From NCBI GenBank assembly GCA_963727095.1, contig CAVSEQ010000002.1, forward strand, positions 184,797-248,796: DNA of 64,000 nt. The letters run 5' to 3'. This document shows positions 8,843 through 20,957 of the stretch, piece after piece; the first letter of the stretch is position 1, and every line of letters begins with the position of its first letter. Below the pieces are notes generated by a model. It searched no databases. It was given only the letters and a program-made list of their open reading frames with translations, and had not been told where the DNA came from. Origin of the DNA: Candidatus Aminicenantes bacterium (GTDB lineage: Bacteria > Acidobacteriota > Aminicenantia > Aminicenantales > Saccharicenantaceae). Position numbers and translations under genes: made by a program.

Positions 8843-10561
8843 ATGACGATGGCTGAAAAGTCGATAAAATGGAGATACGCAGCTCTCCTTGCCGCGGCTG
8901 CGGCCGTGTGGCAGGGATGTCCGGCGTCATCAGGAGGAGCGATGGCTGATCTCGTTCTGCTCAAGGGAAAGATCTGGACCGGAAATTCCGGCGCGCCGTG
9001 GGTCGAGGCGGTCGCCATCCGCGGCGACAAGATCTTCAAGGTCGGGACGTCGCATGAGATCCGGAAGCTGGCCGGCCCCTGCACCGCCGTCATGGACCTC
9101 GAAGGCGGGCTCGTGCTGCCGGGCTTCATCGACAGCCACACCCATTTTCTGAGCGGCGGTTTTTCCCTATCGAGCGTCCAGCTGCGCGGGGCGAAGAATC
9201 GCGAAGAGTTTACGGCCCTCATCGCCGCCAAGGCCCGTGAGCTCGGGAAAGGCGAGTGGATCGTCAACGGCGAGTGGGACCATCAACAGTTTGACCCGCC
9301 CGAGCTTCCGCGACACGACTGGATCGATGCCGCCACACCCGATAATCCCGTCTGCGTCAGCAGGCTGGACGGGCACATGCTCCTCGCCAACAGCCTGGCC
9401 CTTAAGGCGGCGGGCGTCACGAAAGAAACGAAGGCACCGGCCGGCGGGGAGATTGTCAAGGACCCGAAGACGGGCGAGCCCACAGGGATTCTCAAAGATG
9501 CCGCGATGGACCTCGTCTTTGCCAAGATCCCCGAGGCGTCCTTTGAGCAGAAGCTGCGCGCGGCGGAGGCGGCCCTCGTCCATGCGGCCGAATGCGGCGT
9601 AACCTCCGTCCACGAGATGGCCGACGCATCGAGTTTCGAAGTCTTCGAGGAGCTGGACCGCCGCCACAAACTGACGGCCCGGCTTTATGTCTATCTTCCG
9701 ATCACGGAAGTCGACACTCTCGTCCGGCTGAAGATCAAATCGCCCTTCGGCAATGCGCATTTGAAGTTGGCGGGACTCAAGGGTTTCGTGGACGGTTCGC
9801 TGGGCTCCGGCACGGCTTACTTCTTCGAGCCGTATGCCGATGACCCCAAGAACAGCGGTTTGCTCAATGAGCAAATGTTCCCCGAAGGGGCCATGGAAAA
9901 GAGAATTCTCGAAGCCGATCGGGCGGGCGTGCAGCTCGCCGTCCACGCCATCGGCGACCGGGCGAACGATATCATCCTGAACCTTTTCGAGAAGGCGATC
10001 CTGGCCAACGGGCCGCGCGACCGCCGCTGGCGGGTCGAACACGCCCAGCATCTCAGTCCGGCCGACATCGCCAGGTTCGGAAAGCTCGGCATCATTGCTT
10101 CGGTCCAGCCTTACCATCTCATCGACGACGGCCGCTGGGCCGAGAAGAAAATCGGCCCGGAGAGGGCGAAGACGACGTACGCCTTCCGGTCGCTGCTGGA
10201 TTCCGGCGGCCGACTGACCTTCGGATCGGATTGGACGGTCGCCCCCCTCGATCCGCTGACCGGAATTTACGCCGCCGTCACCCGGCGAACGCTCGACGGC
10301 AAGAACCCCGGCGGCTGGCATCCGGAGCAGAGGATCAGCCTGGAGGACGCCGTCAAAGGCTACACCGTGAACGGCGCCTATACGGAGTTCGCCGAGTCGG
10401 TCAAGGGCTCGATCGAGGAGGGCAAGCTGGCGGATCTCGTCGTCCTCGACCGCAACATCTTCGAGATCGCGCCGGAAAAAATCATGGAAGCGAAGGTCCG
10501 GCTGACCGTTTTTGACGGCAGGGTCGTTTATCGGAAACAGGCGACGGGCTCCGGAACCTGA
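8843..10561 (+). CDS. amidohydrolase-family metal-dependent hydrolase (Amidohydro_3-like), probable lipoprotein
   Basis: The N-terminus has a lipobox-like AAVWQGC. The metal motif GFIDSHTHF is present. The C-terminal KLADLVVLD is typical of this superfamily. Confidence 0.75.
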   Translation: MTMAEKSIKWRYAALLAAAAAVWQGCPASSGGAMADLVLLKGKIWTGNSGAPWVEAVAIRGDKIFKVGTSHEIRKLAGPCTAVMDLEGGLVLPGFIDSHTHFLSGGFSLSSVQLRGAKNREEFTALIAAKARELGKGEWIVNGEWDHQQFDPPELPRHDWIDAATPDNPVCVSRLDGHMLLANSLALKAAGVTKETKAPAGGEIVKDPKTGEPTGILKDAAMDLVFAKIPEASFEQKLRAAEAALVHAAECGVTSVHEMADASSFEVFEELDRRHKLTARLYVYLPITEVDTLVRLKIKSPFGNAHLKLAGLKGFVDGSLGSGTAYFFEPYADDPKNSGLLNEQMFPEGAMEKRILEADRAGVQLAVHAIGDRANDIILNLFEKAILANGPRDRRWRVEHAQHLSPADIARFGKLGIIASVQPYHLIDDGRWAEKKIGPERAKTTYAFRSLLDSGGRLTFGSDWTVAPLDPLTGIYAAVTRRTLDGKNPGGWHPEQRISLEDAVKGYTVNGAYTEFAESVKGSIEEGKLADLVVLDRNIFEIAPEKIMEAKVRLTVFDGRVVYRKQATGSGT

Positions 10562-11248
10562 GTGATCTCGGATCCTATGGACGGGACCAAACTCTTTCCC
10601 GACACCCCGGGGCACATTGGAACCGACGAGTCCGGCAAAGGCGACTACTTCGGTCCCCTCGTTATCGCCGCTTTTTTTATGCCCGAGGGCCAGGCCGGGG
10701 TCCTGCGCGAACTCGGCGTCAAGGACTCCAAGCGGACCTCCGACCGGAGGAGCGAGGAGATTGCCCGCGTCCTCAGGAGTGGGTACATTTGCTCGGTTGT
10801 CGCCATCGGGCCGGAGAAATATAACGAACTCTACGAGAAGTTCCGGAACCTTAACCGGCTTCTGGCCTGGGGGCACGCCCGGGCCATCGAAAACGTCCTC
10901 GAACGTGTGCCGGCGGGGAAGGCTCTCACGGACCAATTCGGCGACGAGAGGTTCGTCCGCAACGCGCTGCTCAAAAAGGGCCGTGAGATAGAACTTGTCC
11001 AACAGCCGCGGGCCGAGGAGGACCCGGCCGTCGCGGCCGCTTCCATTCTGGCCAGGGCGGAGTTCCTGGCGCGATTGCGGAGCCTGTCGCGCGAAGTCGG
11101 CGCCGAGCTTCCGAAAGGCGCGTCCGACATCGTGGAAAAGGCCGCGGCTGATCTCGTCCGGCTCAAAGGCGCGGACATCCTCGGCAAGGTCGCCAAAATG
11201 CATTTCAAAACGACCCAAAAGGTCCTCCAGTTGGCCTCGGAAAAATAG
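10562..11248 (+). CDS. rnhC: ribonuclease HIII-like (RNase HII/HIII family), short form without the N-terminal domain
   Basis: The motif GTDESGKGDYFGPLVIAA matches the RNase HIII DESGKGD signature. The GTG start abuts the upstream stop codon. Confidence 0.65.
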   Translation: MISDPMDGTKLFPDTPGHIGTDESGKGDYFGPLVIAAFFMPEGQAGVLRELGVKDSKRTSDRRSEEIARVLRSGYICSVVAIGPEKYNELYEKFRNLNRLLAWGHARAIENVLERVPAGKALTDQFGDERFVRNALLKKGREIELVQQPRAEEDPAVAAASILARAEFLARLRSLSREVGAELPKGASDIVEKAAADLVRLKGADILGKVAKMHFKTTQKVLQLASEK

Positions 11249-11327
11249 GAAAGGGTCAGGTCGGCTTTCTGCTGAAGAATCTTTGCAGAAATTAGACCCG
11301 GTCCTCTTTTGGCTTAAGGAGAAAGCG

Positions 11328-12575
11328 ATGTCCGAGCATGATCGCGATGAGAACCGCCACCCGGCCTTGACGCGCCGGCTGTATTTCGAAGATGCCTATC
11401 AGCGGGAGTTTGACGCTCGAATCCTCGACAAGAGGATACACAAAGAACGGCCGGCGCTTGTGCTTGACGCAACATGTTTCTATCCGGAGTCCGGCGGGCA
11501 GCCGTGGGACAAAGGAACCATCGACGGCGTCGAGGTCCTCGAGGTGGTCGACATCGACGGCGTCATCCTCCACGTCCTCGCCCGCGATGTGACGGGTCCC
11601 GGAGTTCACGGCCGGATCGACTGGCCGACGCGGTTTGACCGGATGCAGCAGCACACGGGACAGCACATCCTTTCCCAGGCCTTTTTCGAGGTGCTGAGAG
11701 GGGAGACTCTGGGCTTCCATCTCGGTCCCGCGGTCTCGACGCTCGAAATCGGTTTGGCCGCGATATCCGACGAGGCCATCGCCGGAGTCGAGGACCGGGC
11801 CAACGCGGTTGTCTGGGAAGACAGGGAGATCAAGACCTATTTCGTGCCGGAGGAGAGAATTCAGGAAGTGCCTCTTCGCCGGCCTCCGAAAAAGCAGGGG
11901 CTCCTTCGTGTCGTCGAAGTCGACGGCTTCGATTACTCGGCCTGCGGAGGCACGCACTGCCGCCGGTCGGGAGAGATCGGGCTGATCAAGACGACGGGGC
12001 TGGAAAAAATCCGCGGCCATGTCCGCTTCGATTTCCTGTGCGGCGGCCGAGCCCTCGCCGATTACAGGCACAAGGACCGTGAACTGCGCCGCCTCGCCGG
12101 GCTTTTTTCCTCTTCGGACAAGGACATGATGGGCCAGGTGGAACGATTGACCGCCGACTTCAAAGGGTTGAAAAAAAAGGCCAAGAAGCTCGAAGAGCGG
12201 GTTGCCGGCTTTGACGCGCAAGAGATCATCCGCCGGGCCCAGGGCAAGATCATTGCCGAGGTGCTGTCGGACAAGACCCCGGACGAGGCGCGCTTCCTGG
12301 CCCTCAACGTTGTCCGAAGCGGCGAATTCGCGGTCCTCTACGGCGTTGCCGGGGAGAACCAGGATCACCTCATTTTCGCCCGCTCCGACGGGCTGACCGC
12401 CGACCTTCGAGGCCTGATCCCGCCGGTCGCGGCGGTGGCGGTGGTCAAGGGCGGCGGGGGACCATCCCTTGTGGAACTCGTAACCGCCGAGAAAAACAAG
12501 CTCGGTCCGATGGTCGAGGCGGCTCGGGCGTGGCTCGAGGTGCACGACGAAAAACTGAAGCCGGGGACGCGCTGA
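11328..12575 (+). CDS. alaX: alanyl-tRNA editing protein, AlaX-L type
   Basis: I chose the internal ATG at 11328 because AAGGAG lies upstream. Zinc and editing motifs HTGQHILSQAF and CGGTHC are present, followed by a C-terminal DHHA1-like region. Confidence 0.75.
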   Translation: MSEHDRDENRHPALTRRLYFEDAYQREFDARILDKRIHKERPALVLDATCFYPESGGQPWDKGTIDGVEVLEVVDIDGVILHVLARDVTGPGVHGRIDWPTRFDRMQQHTGQHILSQAFFEVLRGETLGFHLGPAVSTLEIGLAAISDEAIAGVEDRANAVVWEDREIKTYFVPEERIQEVPLRRPPKKQGLLRVVEVDGFDYSACGGTHCRRSGEIGLIKTTGLEKIRGHVRFDFLCGGRALADYRHKDRELRRLAGLFSSSDKDMMGQVERLTADFKGLKKKAKKLEERVAGFDAQEIIRRAQGKIIAEVLSDKTPDEARFLALNVVRSGEFAVLYGVAGENQDHLIFARSDGLTADLRGLIPPVAAVAVVKGGGGPSLVELVTAEKNKLGPMVEAARAWLEVHDEKLKPGTR

Positions 12576-12632
12576 GAAGATCCGTGGGCTCGCGCCGCCC
12601 CGCGGCGTTTGGTGACAAAGAGGGAACAGGCG

Positions 12633-13559
12633 ATGAAAAAAATCGTGGTCGTCGGCAGTTCCAATACCGATATGATCATCCGGGTGCCGCACCTTCCGAA
12701 GCCGGGTGAAACGATCCTGGGCGGCGAGTTCTCCATGGCGCCGGGCGGCAAGGGTGCGAACCAGGCCGTCGCGGCGGCCCGAGCGGGGGGGCGCGTGACG
12801 CTCGTCGCACGCGTCGGTGACGACGTGTTCGGACGGCAGGCCCTCCGCAATTTCAAAGCCGACGGCATCGACACGAGTTTCGTCATTCGTGACGACGCGG
12901 CGCCGTCCGGCGTCGCTCTGATCAATGTGGCCGATGACGGCGGGAACGCGATCTCCGTTGCCTCCGGAGCCAACGCGCTTCTGTCGACCGGCGACATAAA
13001 GCAGTCGGCGGCTGCGTTTTCCGGAGCTGAGATTGTCTTGATGCAGCTTGAAATCCCTCTCCCCACGGTCCGGGCTGCCGCCCACGCTGCGAGGCGCCGT
13101 GGGATTCCGGTCATTCTCAATCCAGCGCCGGCCTGCCCGCTCGGTGACGAAATCCTCGGCCAAGTGTCCGTCCTCACGCCGAACGAGTCGGAAGCCGAGC
13201 TGCTGACAGGAATCAAGGTCAGGAAGGGACCGGACGCCAAGCGTGCGGCTGCCATTCTCCGCGGCCGGGGGCCCCGCCTCGTCGTCATCACGCTTGGGGA
13301 AAAGGGATGCTACGCGGCAGGCCAGGATTTCGAAGGCCTGGTGCCTGCATTCAAGGTCCGCCCCATCGACACTACGGCCGCCGGTGATGTGTTCAACGGC
13401 GCCCTGGCCGTAGCCCTGGCCGAGCCGATGGCGCTGGCCGCTGCCCTCCGCTTCGCCTCGGCCGCCGCGGCGCTTTCGGTGATGAAGCTCGGCGCCCAGC
13501 CATCGGCCCCGACTCGAGCCGAGATCGAAAAGCTTCTTGGCCGGAACAACAGCGCCTGA
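12633..13559 (+). CDS. rbsK: ribokinase
   Basis: The N-terminus is KIVVVGSSNTDM. PfkB signatures GGKGANQAVAAARAG and DTTAAGDVFNGALA are present. Confidence 0.85.
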   Translation: MKKIVVVGSSNTDMIIRVPHLPKPGETILGGEFSMAPGGKGANQAVAAARAGGRVTLVARVGDDVFGRQALRNFKADGIDTSFVIRDDAAPSGVALINVADDGGNAISVASGANALLSTGDIKQSAAAFSGAEIVLMQLEIPLPTVRAAAHAARRRGIPVILNPAPACPLGDEILGQVSVLTPNESEAELLTGIKVRKGPDAKRAAAILRGRGPRLVVITLGEKGCYAAGQDFEGLVPAFKVRPIDTTAAGDVFNGALAVALAEPMALAAALRFASAAAALSVMKLGAQPSAPTRAEIEKLLGRNNSA

Positions 13560-13758
13560 AGTGAGGGCCGCGGCGAAAAAGAAAGGCTATTCCGTCGACG
13601 TTCGTTTCTGCGGGAATCCCGCTGGGTGCGGTTATGAACGCAGCCGGGGCGGCCCTTTTCAGTTCTGCTCAAGCCTAGGGCGAGGATTCCTTCGGCGTCT
13701 GAAAAGCTGAATCCCGGGGGAGGGATGTCGCGGGGCTGGAGACAATTGCTGGGTCTGA

Positions 13759-14999
13759 TTACTCGTATCTCAGCGACACGATCGGGTCCATGCGGGCGGC
13801 TTTTTGGGCCGGAAAGATGCCGAACGAAACGCCGATGGCGAGCGAAACGCCCAGACCGAGGAACACCGACCAGAGCGTAACGGCGGCCGGCAGCGGTGTC
13901 GCCACCCGCACGAGGAGGGCGATGCCGAATCCGATCAGGACGCCGATCAGGCCCCCCAAACCCGTCAGGACCACCGCCTCGATCAGAAACTGCTTGAGGA
14001 TGTCGGCCGAGCGCGCCCCGATGGCCTTGCGGATGCCGATCTCGCGGGTCCGCTCTTTGACCGACACCAGCATGATGTTCATGACCCCGATGCCGCCGAC
14101 CAGGAGGCCGATCGACGAAATGGCGATCATAACCAGGAAGGCTGCGCCCGTCAGCTGCTTGTAGAGGCTGACCAGGGTGTCCGTAGTCATGATGGCGAAG
14201 TCATTGGGCTTGCCGTAACTGACTTTTCGCCGCACGCGCATGACTTCGGTGATCTGCTGAATGGTCGCGTCGAGCGTTCCGGAATCCTTCGGTACGGCGA
14301 TGATCTCGATCCGGTCTTTCTCATACGCGAAATACTTGGCGAGCGTTGTGATGGGGAAGGCGACGAAATTATCCCGGCTCTGCCCGAACATCTGGCCTCT
14401 TTTGTTAAGGACGCCGATCACCGTGAAACTCTCCGGGCCGACGCGGATGTCTTTTCCGATCGGGGTGACGTTCGGGAACAAGCTGTCGGCGAGCTCCGAG
14501 CCGAGGATGCACACCCGTGATTTGTGAGTGATCTCCGCCTCGGTGATGAAGCGGCCCAGCTTGGGCAGGAAGACCGACATGACCTGCGGCCACTTGTCGT
14601 CGATGCCCATGATCGAGGCGTTGTCGACCTTGGCGTTCATAAACTTGATCTCGACGGGCTGGAAAACGCTGACCTGGGCGCTGACGGTGACCGCCCTGAC
14701 GAGGGAGCATCCCTTCTCGATGGCCTTGGCGTCGTCGAATGTCAGATCCTTCCGGGTCCGCATCTCCTCGCTCATGCGGCCCATCTGGGCCGGCTCGTAC
14801 TTCATGATGGCGATGATGTCGGAACCGACCGACTGGAGCTCCCGCATGAAGGACTGGTTGAGACCCTGGATGACCGAGACCATGCCGATGACCGTCATGA
14901 CGCCGATGATGATGCCCAGAGTGGTCAGGAACGAGCGAAGCTTATGCGTCCGAAGGGAGTCGACGGCCATGCCGAAGATTTCGCGCATGAGCTGGAGTC

Positions 15000-15003
<4 letters not shown>
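13759..15003 (-). CDS. ABC transporter permease, MacB/FtsX family
   Basis: The ATG at 15003 overlaps the upstream stop as ATGA. The layout is an N-terminal TM helix, a large periplasmic domain and a C-terminal FtsX 3-TM module (ERTREIGIRKAIGA). Confidence 0.8.
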
Positions 15004-16235
<1,232 letters not shown>

Positions 16236-16379
16236 GGTTTAACTGTCTATTCTACACGAATTATACGGAGCCGTGAATAAAAGGTTCAGCATGAAGGAAG
16301 GCTTCAATGGCTTGACAGCCTCGGGCGCGGGAAAGATAATAGCCGCAAGAAACAGATTCCCCGAAAAACGAGGATCAGC

Positions 16380-16976
16380 ATGCCCGGCAAAAATACGACT
16401 GGATCACCCGCTGAAATAAGCGTCGCCTGTGTCTATTTTACCGCCCCCGGGCCGCAGAACACCGAGCGGACTCTCGAAGCGGCGGCCAAACGAGCCCGCG
16501 AACTCGCGCTCACGCATGTCCTCGTGGCGACATCCTCCGGGACGACGGGCGTCAGGGCCCTGGCCCATTTCGAGCCGCGCATGCTCATCGTGGTGACTCA
16601 CTCCGCCGGGTTCTCGGGATCCAACATCCAGGAACTCGAGCCCGATAACCGCCGCCGCCTGGAGGAGGCCGGGGCCCGGATTCTGACGGCGCAGCACGCG
16701 TTCGGGGGCGTTGGGCGCGCCGTCCGGAAAAAGTTCGGGACCTATCAGATTGACGAACTGATGGCCTCGACGCTCCGCACGCTCGGGCAAGGAACCAAGG
16801 TCGCGATCGAAATCTGCCTGATGGCCGCCGACGCCGGAATCGTTCCGGTGGGGGAGCCCTGCATCGCCATCGGCGGGACCGGAACGGGGGCCGATACGGC
16901 CGTCGTCCTGCGGCCGGCCAATGCCCAGACTTTTTTTGACCTCAGGGTCATGGAGATTCTGGCCAAGCCCCGCTGA
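16380..16976 (+). CDS. stand-alone pyruvate kinase C-terminal (alpha/beta) domain-like protein
   Basis: 198 aa. The pattern VYFTAPGPQNTERTLEAAAKRA...VLVATSSGTTG...VVTHSAGF...IAIGGTGTGADTA matches my recollection of this small protein family. Confidence 0.6.
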   Translation: MPGKNTTGSPAEISVACVYFTAPGPQNTERTLEAAAKRARELALTHVLVATSSGTTGVRALAHFEPRMLIVVTHSAGFSGSNIQELEPDNRRRLEEAGARILTAQHAFGGVGRAVRKKFGTYQIDELMASTLRTLGQGTKVAIEICLMAADAGIVPVGEPCIAIGGTGTGADTAVVLRPANAQTFFDLRVMEILAKPR

Positions 16977-16997
16977 TCCACGAGGATTTCAAGGAGA

Positions 16998-17585
16998 GTG
17001 ACCATGGCTAAGATAATGCGGCCCGCCGTTCGATACGCCGCTGTTCCGGTTTTCGTGCTTCTTCTCGCCTCACACGGGCTCGCCGTAACGGGCTTTTATC
17101 TCGGGTTCTTGGGCGGCTGGGCCCAGGAGAAGGCGAAGTTCGAGAACATCCAGTTCAATACGGATACGTCCTTCATCTACGGGGTCAGGGCCGGCGTCCG
17201 TATCTCAACTGTGGCGGTCGAAATCGCCTATGCCCAAGTCGCCCACAACCTGAACCCGTCGAACCCCGTCCAAACATGGCCGGGTCGGGACGTCGATTAT
17301 AACTATGTCGGCGTCAATCTCCGCTGGATCATCCCCGTGTTCTTCCTCAATCCCTATCTCACCGGCGGCCTCGGCTACTATACGGCCGATCTCGAGTCGC
17401 TCGAACGCAAACGCGATGCCGGCTTTAATATCGGGGCCGGGATTGAGATCATGCTTGGACGGACCTTCGCGCTCGTCGCCGAAGGAAAATTCCACACGGT
17501 TCATTTCGATTTGACGGGCGGCGAGATCGGGACGCTCAAACTCGACCACGTGACAATCACCGGCGGGCTCAATATCTATTTCTGA
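16998..17585 (+). CDS. small outer-membrane beta-barrel protein
   Basis: It has a signal peptide and alternating hydrophobic beta-strand patterns. The C-terminus GGLNIYF ends in an aromatic residue. Confidence 0.65.
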   Translation: MTMAKIMRPAVRYAAVPVFVLLLASHGLAVTGFYLGFLGGWAQEKAKFENIQFNTDTSFIYGVRAGVRISTVAVEIAYAQVAHNLNPSNPVQTWPGRDVDYNYVGVNLRWIIPVFFLNPYLTGGLGYYTADLESLERKRDAGFNIGAGIEIMLGRTFALVAEGKFHTVHFDLTGGEIGTLKLDHVTITGGLNIYF

Positions 17586-17605
17586 GCCGGTGGGGAGTTT
17601 CTCTC

Positions 17606-18328
17606 ATGGATGTTCGACTCAACAAATTCCTCGCCCACGCCGGGGTCTGTTCACGGCGGGAGGCCGACCGTTTCATTGAGACGGGACGTGTCCGGGTCAA
17701 CGGGCTCGTCGTGGACGAACTTGGACTGAAAATCGATCCCTCCCGCGACCGGGTGGACGTGGATGGACGAAAAGTCCGGCCGGCGCAAGAAAAGCCCGTC
17801 TACCTTCTCCTCTACAAACCCCGGGGCAGCGTTGTCACGGTCAAGGACCCCTTCGGCCGGCCGACGGTGATGGACCTCTTGCCGAAGCTGGCAACCCGGA
17901 TTTACCCCGTGGGGCGGCTCGATGCCGACAGCGAGGGGGCGCTTCTTTTCACCAATGACGGCGATACGGCGTACCGCTTGACACACCCCAAGCACGAAAT
18001 CGGGAAAACCTATGACGTGCGCATCGAGGGGGAGCCGGCCGCCGAAGACCTGGACAAGCTGCGCCACGGAATTTTTCTTGAAGGTCGGAGAACCGCTCCG
18101 TCGGTCATCCGCGTCGTCAAGCGGCTCGGGCGCCGGACGATTCTGCGCGTCCAAATCCGCGAGGGGCGGAAGCGGGAAATCCGGAAGATGTTCGAAGCCC
18201 TGGGCCATCCCGTCGAGCGGCTGCTCCGTGTCGATTTTGCAGGCCTGACGCTCGCCGGGCTGAAGTCCGGGCAGTGGCGCCAGCTGACGGCCAAAGAAGC
18301 GGAGAAGATCAGAGCGATGGGCCGGTAG
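17606..18328 (+). CDS. rluB: pseudouridine synthase, RsuA/RluB family
   Basis: An S4 domain (RLNKFLAHAGVCSRREADRFIETGRVRVNG) is followed by the catalytic GRLDADSEGALLFTNDG. Confidence 0.85.
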   Translation: MDVRLNKFLAHAGVCSRREADRFIETGRVRVNGLVVDELGLKIDPSRDRVDVDGRKVRPAQEKPVYLLLYKPRGSVVTVKDPFGRPTVMDLLPKLATRIYPVGRLDADSEGALLFTNDGDTAYRLTHPKHEIGKTYDVRIEGEPAAEDLDKLRHGIFLEGRRTAPSVIRVVKRLGRRTILRVQIREGRKREIRKMFEALGHPVERLLRVDFAGLTLAGLKSGQWRQLTAKEAEKIRAMGR

Positions 18329-18340
18329 CCCCGTCCCCCG

Positions 18341-20779
18341 TTACGCCGCGCCGCCTTTACGCTGGTCTTCGCCTTCCGCGAAGGTCTTCCAGCGCAGGGC
18401 CAGCCTCTCGAGCTCCTGGTCCACCAGGAAGTTGACGGTTCCTTCCTCGAACGTCCCGGCCGCCCCGGCCGCGCCCGCCTCGATGCCCGTCAAGATTTCG
18501 ATGCCTTCGCTGATTGTCTTGACGGGATAGATGTGGAATTTCCCGTCGCGGACGGCATCCACGACGTCGAACCGGAGCATAAGGTTATCGACATTCTGAT
18601 GAGGGATCATGACGCCCTGCGCCCCCGTCAGGCCTTTGGCCCGGCAGACATCGAAGAAGCCTTCGATTTTCTCGTTGACGCCGCCGATCGGCTGGATTTC
18701 CCCCTTCTGGTTGAGAGATCCGGTGACGGCGATGTCCTGCCTCAACGGCAGGCCGGAGAGGCTGGACAGGATCGCGTAGACTTCGGTCGAAGAGGCGCTG
18801 TCGCCGTCGACTCCCCCGTACGACTGCTCGAAGGCGATCGAGGCGGAAAGGGCGAACGGTTTATCTTTCGCATATTGGCCGCGAAGGTAGCCGCCGAGGA
18901 TGAGAACGCCCTTGTTGTGCGTCGGCCCGCTCATCTCGGCTTCGCGTTCGATATTGATGACGCCGGCCCGGCCCATGGCCGTCCGGGCCGTTATCCGGGT
19001 CGGCTTGCCGAACATGAACTGACCCATATCGTATACCGAAAGACCGTTGACCTGGCCGACCACGGCGCCTTCGGTGTCGATCATGATGGTCCCTTCTTCG
19101 ATCATCTCCTGGATCTTGGCCTCGATCAGGCCGACCCGTGCAAAGCGCTCCCGGACCGCCGTTTCGACATCGGCGCGGCTGACGACGGTCCGGCCGCCTT
19201 TCGACGCCCAGTAGCTGGATTCGCGGACAACGTCGGCGATCACATGGAACCGCGTGGAGAGCTTCCCCTGTCGCCCGGTGACCCTCGCGGCGTACTCCAT
19301 GAGCGCGCCGATCCCGTCCTTGTCCATCGGCAGAAGCTTGTCTTCGTCGCTGATCTTTTTGATGAAGCGCACATAGTCCCCGATGGCCTGGGAGTCTTTC
19401 TTCATTTCGGAATCGAACTCGGCTTTGATCTTGAAGATCTTCTTGAAGTCGTCGTCTTGAAAGTAGAGAAGGTTGTAGATGAAGGCATCGCCGATCATAA
19501 CGACCTTGACGTCGCTCTTAATGGCCTCCGGTTTGATCCGGGAGCTTGAGAAGAAATACATCGAGAGATAGTTCTGGATCTCGAAGCTTTGATTCCTAAG
19601 CGTCCTCTTGAGTGTCGTCCAGACTCCCGGCTCGACCAAGGCGTCCAGGGCGTTGATGACGAGGTATCCTCCGTTGGCCTTAAGGAAAGAGCCGGCCTTG
19701 ATCATCGTGAAATCGGTCATCCCGAGGCCCATCCGGGAATAGACGTATTCGATCGAACCGAACAGGTTAGTGTAGGTCGGGTTGGTTTCCATAATGACCG
19801 GAGCGCCCTTCAGGTCCGAATTGTCCACCAGAAGATTGACCCGGTAGTCGTGGAGCTCGTCGACTTCCTCCTTCGGTTTCTCTTCCTTTTTCTGGTTTTT
19901 AAAGAGGTCGATCGTTTTGACGAGGTTCTGCTCCACCTCGGAGAGGTAGGCCTCGATCTTGGGCGAGGCAAAGTCCTTTCGGATGTCGTCGATGCCGCCT
20001 TTGATGATCGGGGCGATGGACTCCTCGTCCCACTTCTTGAGAAGGTTCCGCGTCTCTTCGTCGATCTCCTTGAGCTTTTCGAAGAGGTCCTCGAGCTCCG
20101 TCGTCAGTTTATCGTAGCGGGTCCGGAGCTTCTCGAGGGTTTCTTTCGGAACTTTTTTTTCTTTGACCAGTCCCTCCAGTTTGTTGAAGGGGGTCGGCTG
20201 CCCGTCGATGACGGGAATGAGGTCCGGGCGCGTGAAGATCCCCATCTGCACCTGGATCATCGAAAAGCCCTCCTCGGCGGCTTTCTCTTCGAAGTGCTGA
20301 AGCAGCTCACGTTCCTTTTTCTGGCCGGACTCGATGTATCCGTCGCGCTTTTCCGTGTAATAGGGGCTCTTCAAAAGGTTGGGGATGCCCACCTTGAGCA
20401 TGTCGATGAGTTTGCTCATCGCTTGGGTGAAGAGCTTCCCGCGTCCCGCCGGGACGGTGATCAGGACCGGCTCGTCGGGGTACTTGAAGTTGTTGACATA
20501 GAGGATATCGTCCGGGATCTTTTGACCCTTCTCAAGCTGTTCCAGAAGCTGCTTGATGGAGGTCGTCCGGCCGGTGCCGACCATGCCGGTGACGAAGATG
20601 TTGTAGCCGAGGCTCTTGATGTCGAGGCCGGTCTGGATGGCCTTGAGGGCCCTCTCCTGGCCGATGATGTCGCAGCACGCTTCGACTTCATTGCTTGAAG
20701 AAACGGGAATGTCGTCGCCGCAGCAGGTCCAACGCAGCCGATCAACAGCGAGCTCTTGGAAGCCGGTCTTCGTTTTCAT
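18341..20779 (-). CDS. Lon-related ATP-dependent protease (AAA+ module with a C-terminal Lon S16 proteolytic domain)
   Basis: 812 aa. Walker A is GMVGTGRTT. The C-terminal region GVDGDSASSTEVYAILSSL...GGVNEKIEGFF resembles the Lon protease Ser-Lys domain. Confidence 0.75.
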   Translation of the reverse strand: MKTKTGFQELAVDRLRWTCCGDDIPVSSSNEVEACCDIIGQERALKAIQTGLDIKSLGYNIFVTGMVGTGRTTSIKQLLEQLEKGQKIPDDILYVNNFKYPDEPVLITVPAGRGKLFTQAMSKLIDMLKVGIPNLLKSPYYTEKRDGYIESGQKKERELLQHFEEKAAEEGFSMIQVQMGIFTRPDLIPVIDGQPTPFNKLEGLVKEKKVPKETLEKLRTRYDKLTTELEDLFEKLKEIDEETRNLLKKWDEESIAPIIKGGIDDIRKDFASPKIEAYLSEVEQNLVKTIDLFKNQKKEEKPKEEVDELHDYRVNLLVDNSDLKGAPVIMETNPTYTNLFGSIEYVYSRMGLGMTDFTMIKAGSFLKANGGYLVINALDALVEPGVWTTLKRTLRNQSFEIQNYLSMYFFSSSRIKPEAIKSDVKVVMIGDAFIYNLLYFQDDDFKKIFKIKAEFDSEMKKDSQAIGDYVRFIKKISDEDKLLPMDKDGIGALMEYAARVTGRQGKLSTRFHVIADVVRESSYWASKGGRTVVSRADVETAVRERFARVGLIEAKIQEMIEEGTIMIDTEGAVVGQVNGLSVYDMGQFMFGKPTRITARTAMGRAGVINIEREAEMSGPTHNKGVLILGGYLRGQYAKDKPFALSASIAFEQSYGGVDGDSASSTEVYAILSSLSGLPLRQDIAVTGSLNQKGEIQPIGGVNEKIEGFFDVCRAKGLTGAQGVMIPHQNVDNLMLRFDVVDAVRDGKFHIYPVKTISEGIEILTGIEAGAAGAAGTFEEGTVNFLVDQELERLALRWKTFAEGEDQRKGGAA

Positions 20780-20957
20780 AATCCTCTTTCCCTCCCAGCT
20801 CTGTGGAATCCCTTGCTCGTATCAAACTACCACAAACTGCTCGTTTCCTCAACCCGGCCCCGCCGTCCCGGGCCGAGCCCGGGAGCCTTTCTTTTTGGTG
20901 CAAAACACGGCGACATCTGATAAAATAAGGCCAATCCGAACCCGGAGTTATGCCACG

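Noticed and set aside
9167-11218. A 683-aa ORF on the minus strand spanning the amidohydrolase and RNase HIII-like genes.
   Set aside because: It crosses two well-supported plus-strand genes, has no recognisable motifs, and shows typical GC-rich antisense composition.
11292-13163. A 623-aa ORF on the minus strand opposite alaX and rbsK.
   Set aside because: It is a shadow ORF. The plus-strand genes carry diagnostic motifs (HxxxH/CxxxH, PfkB signatures), and this frame has none.
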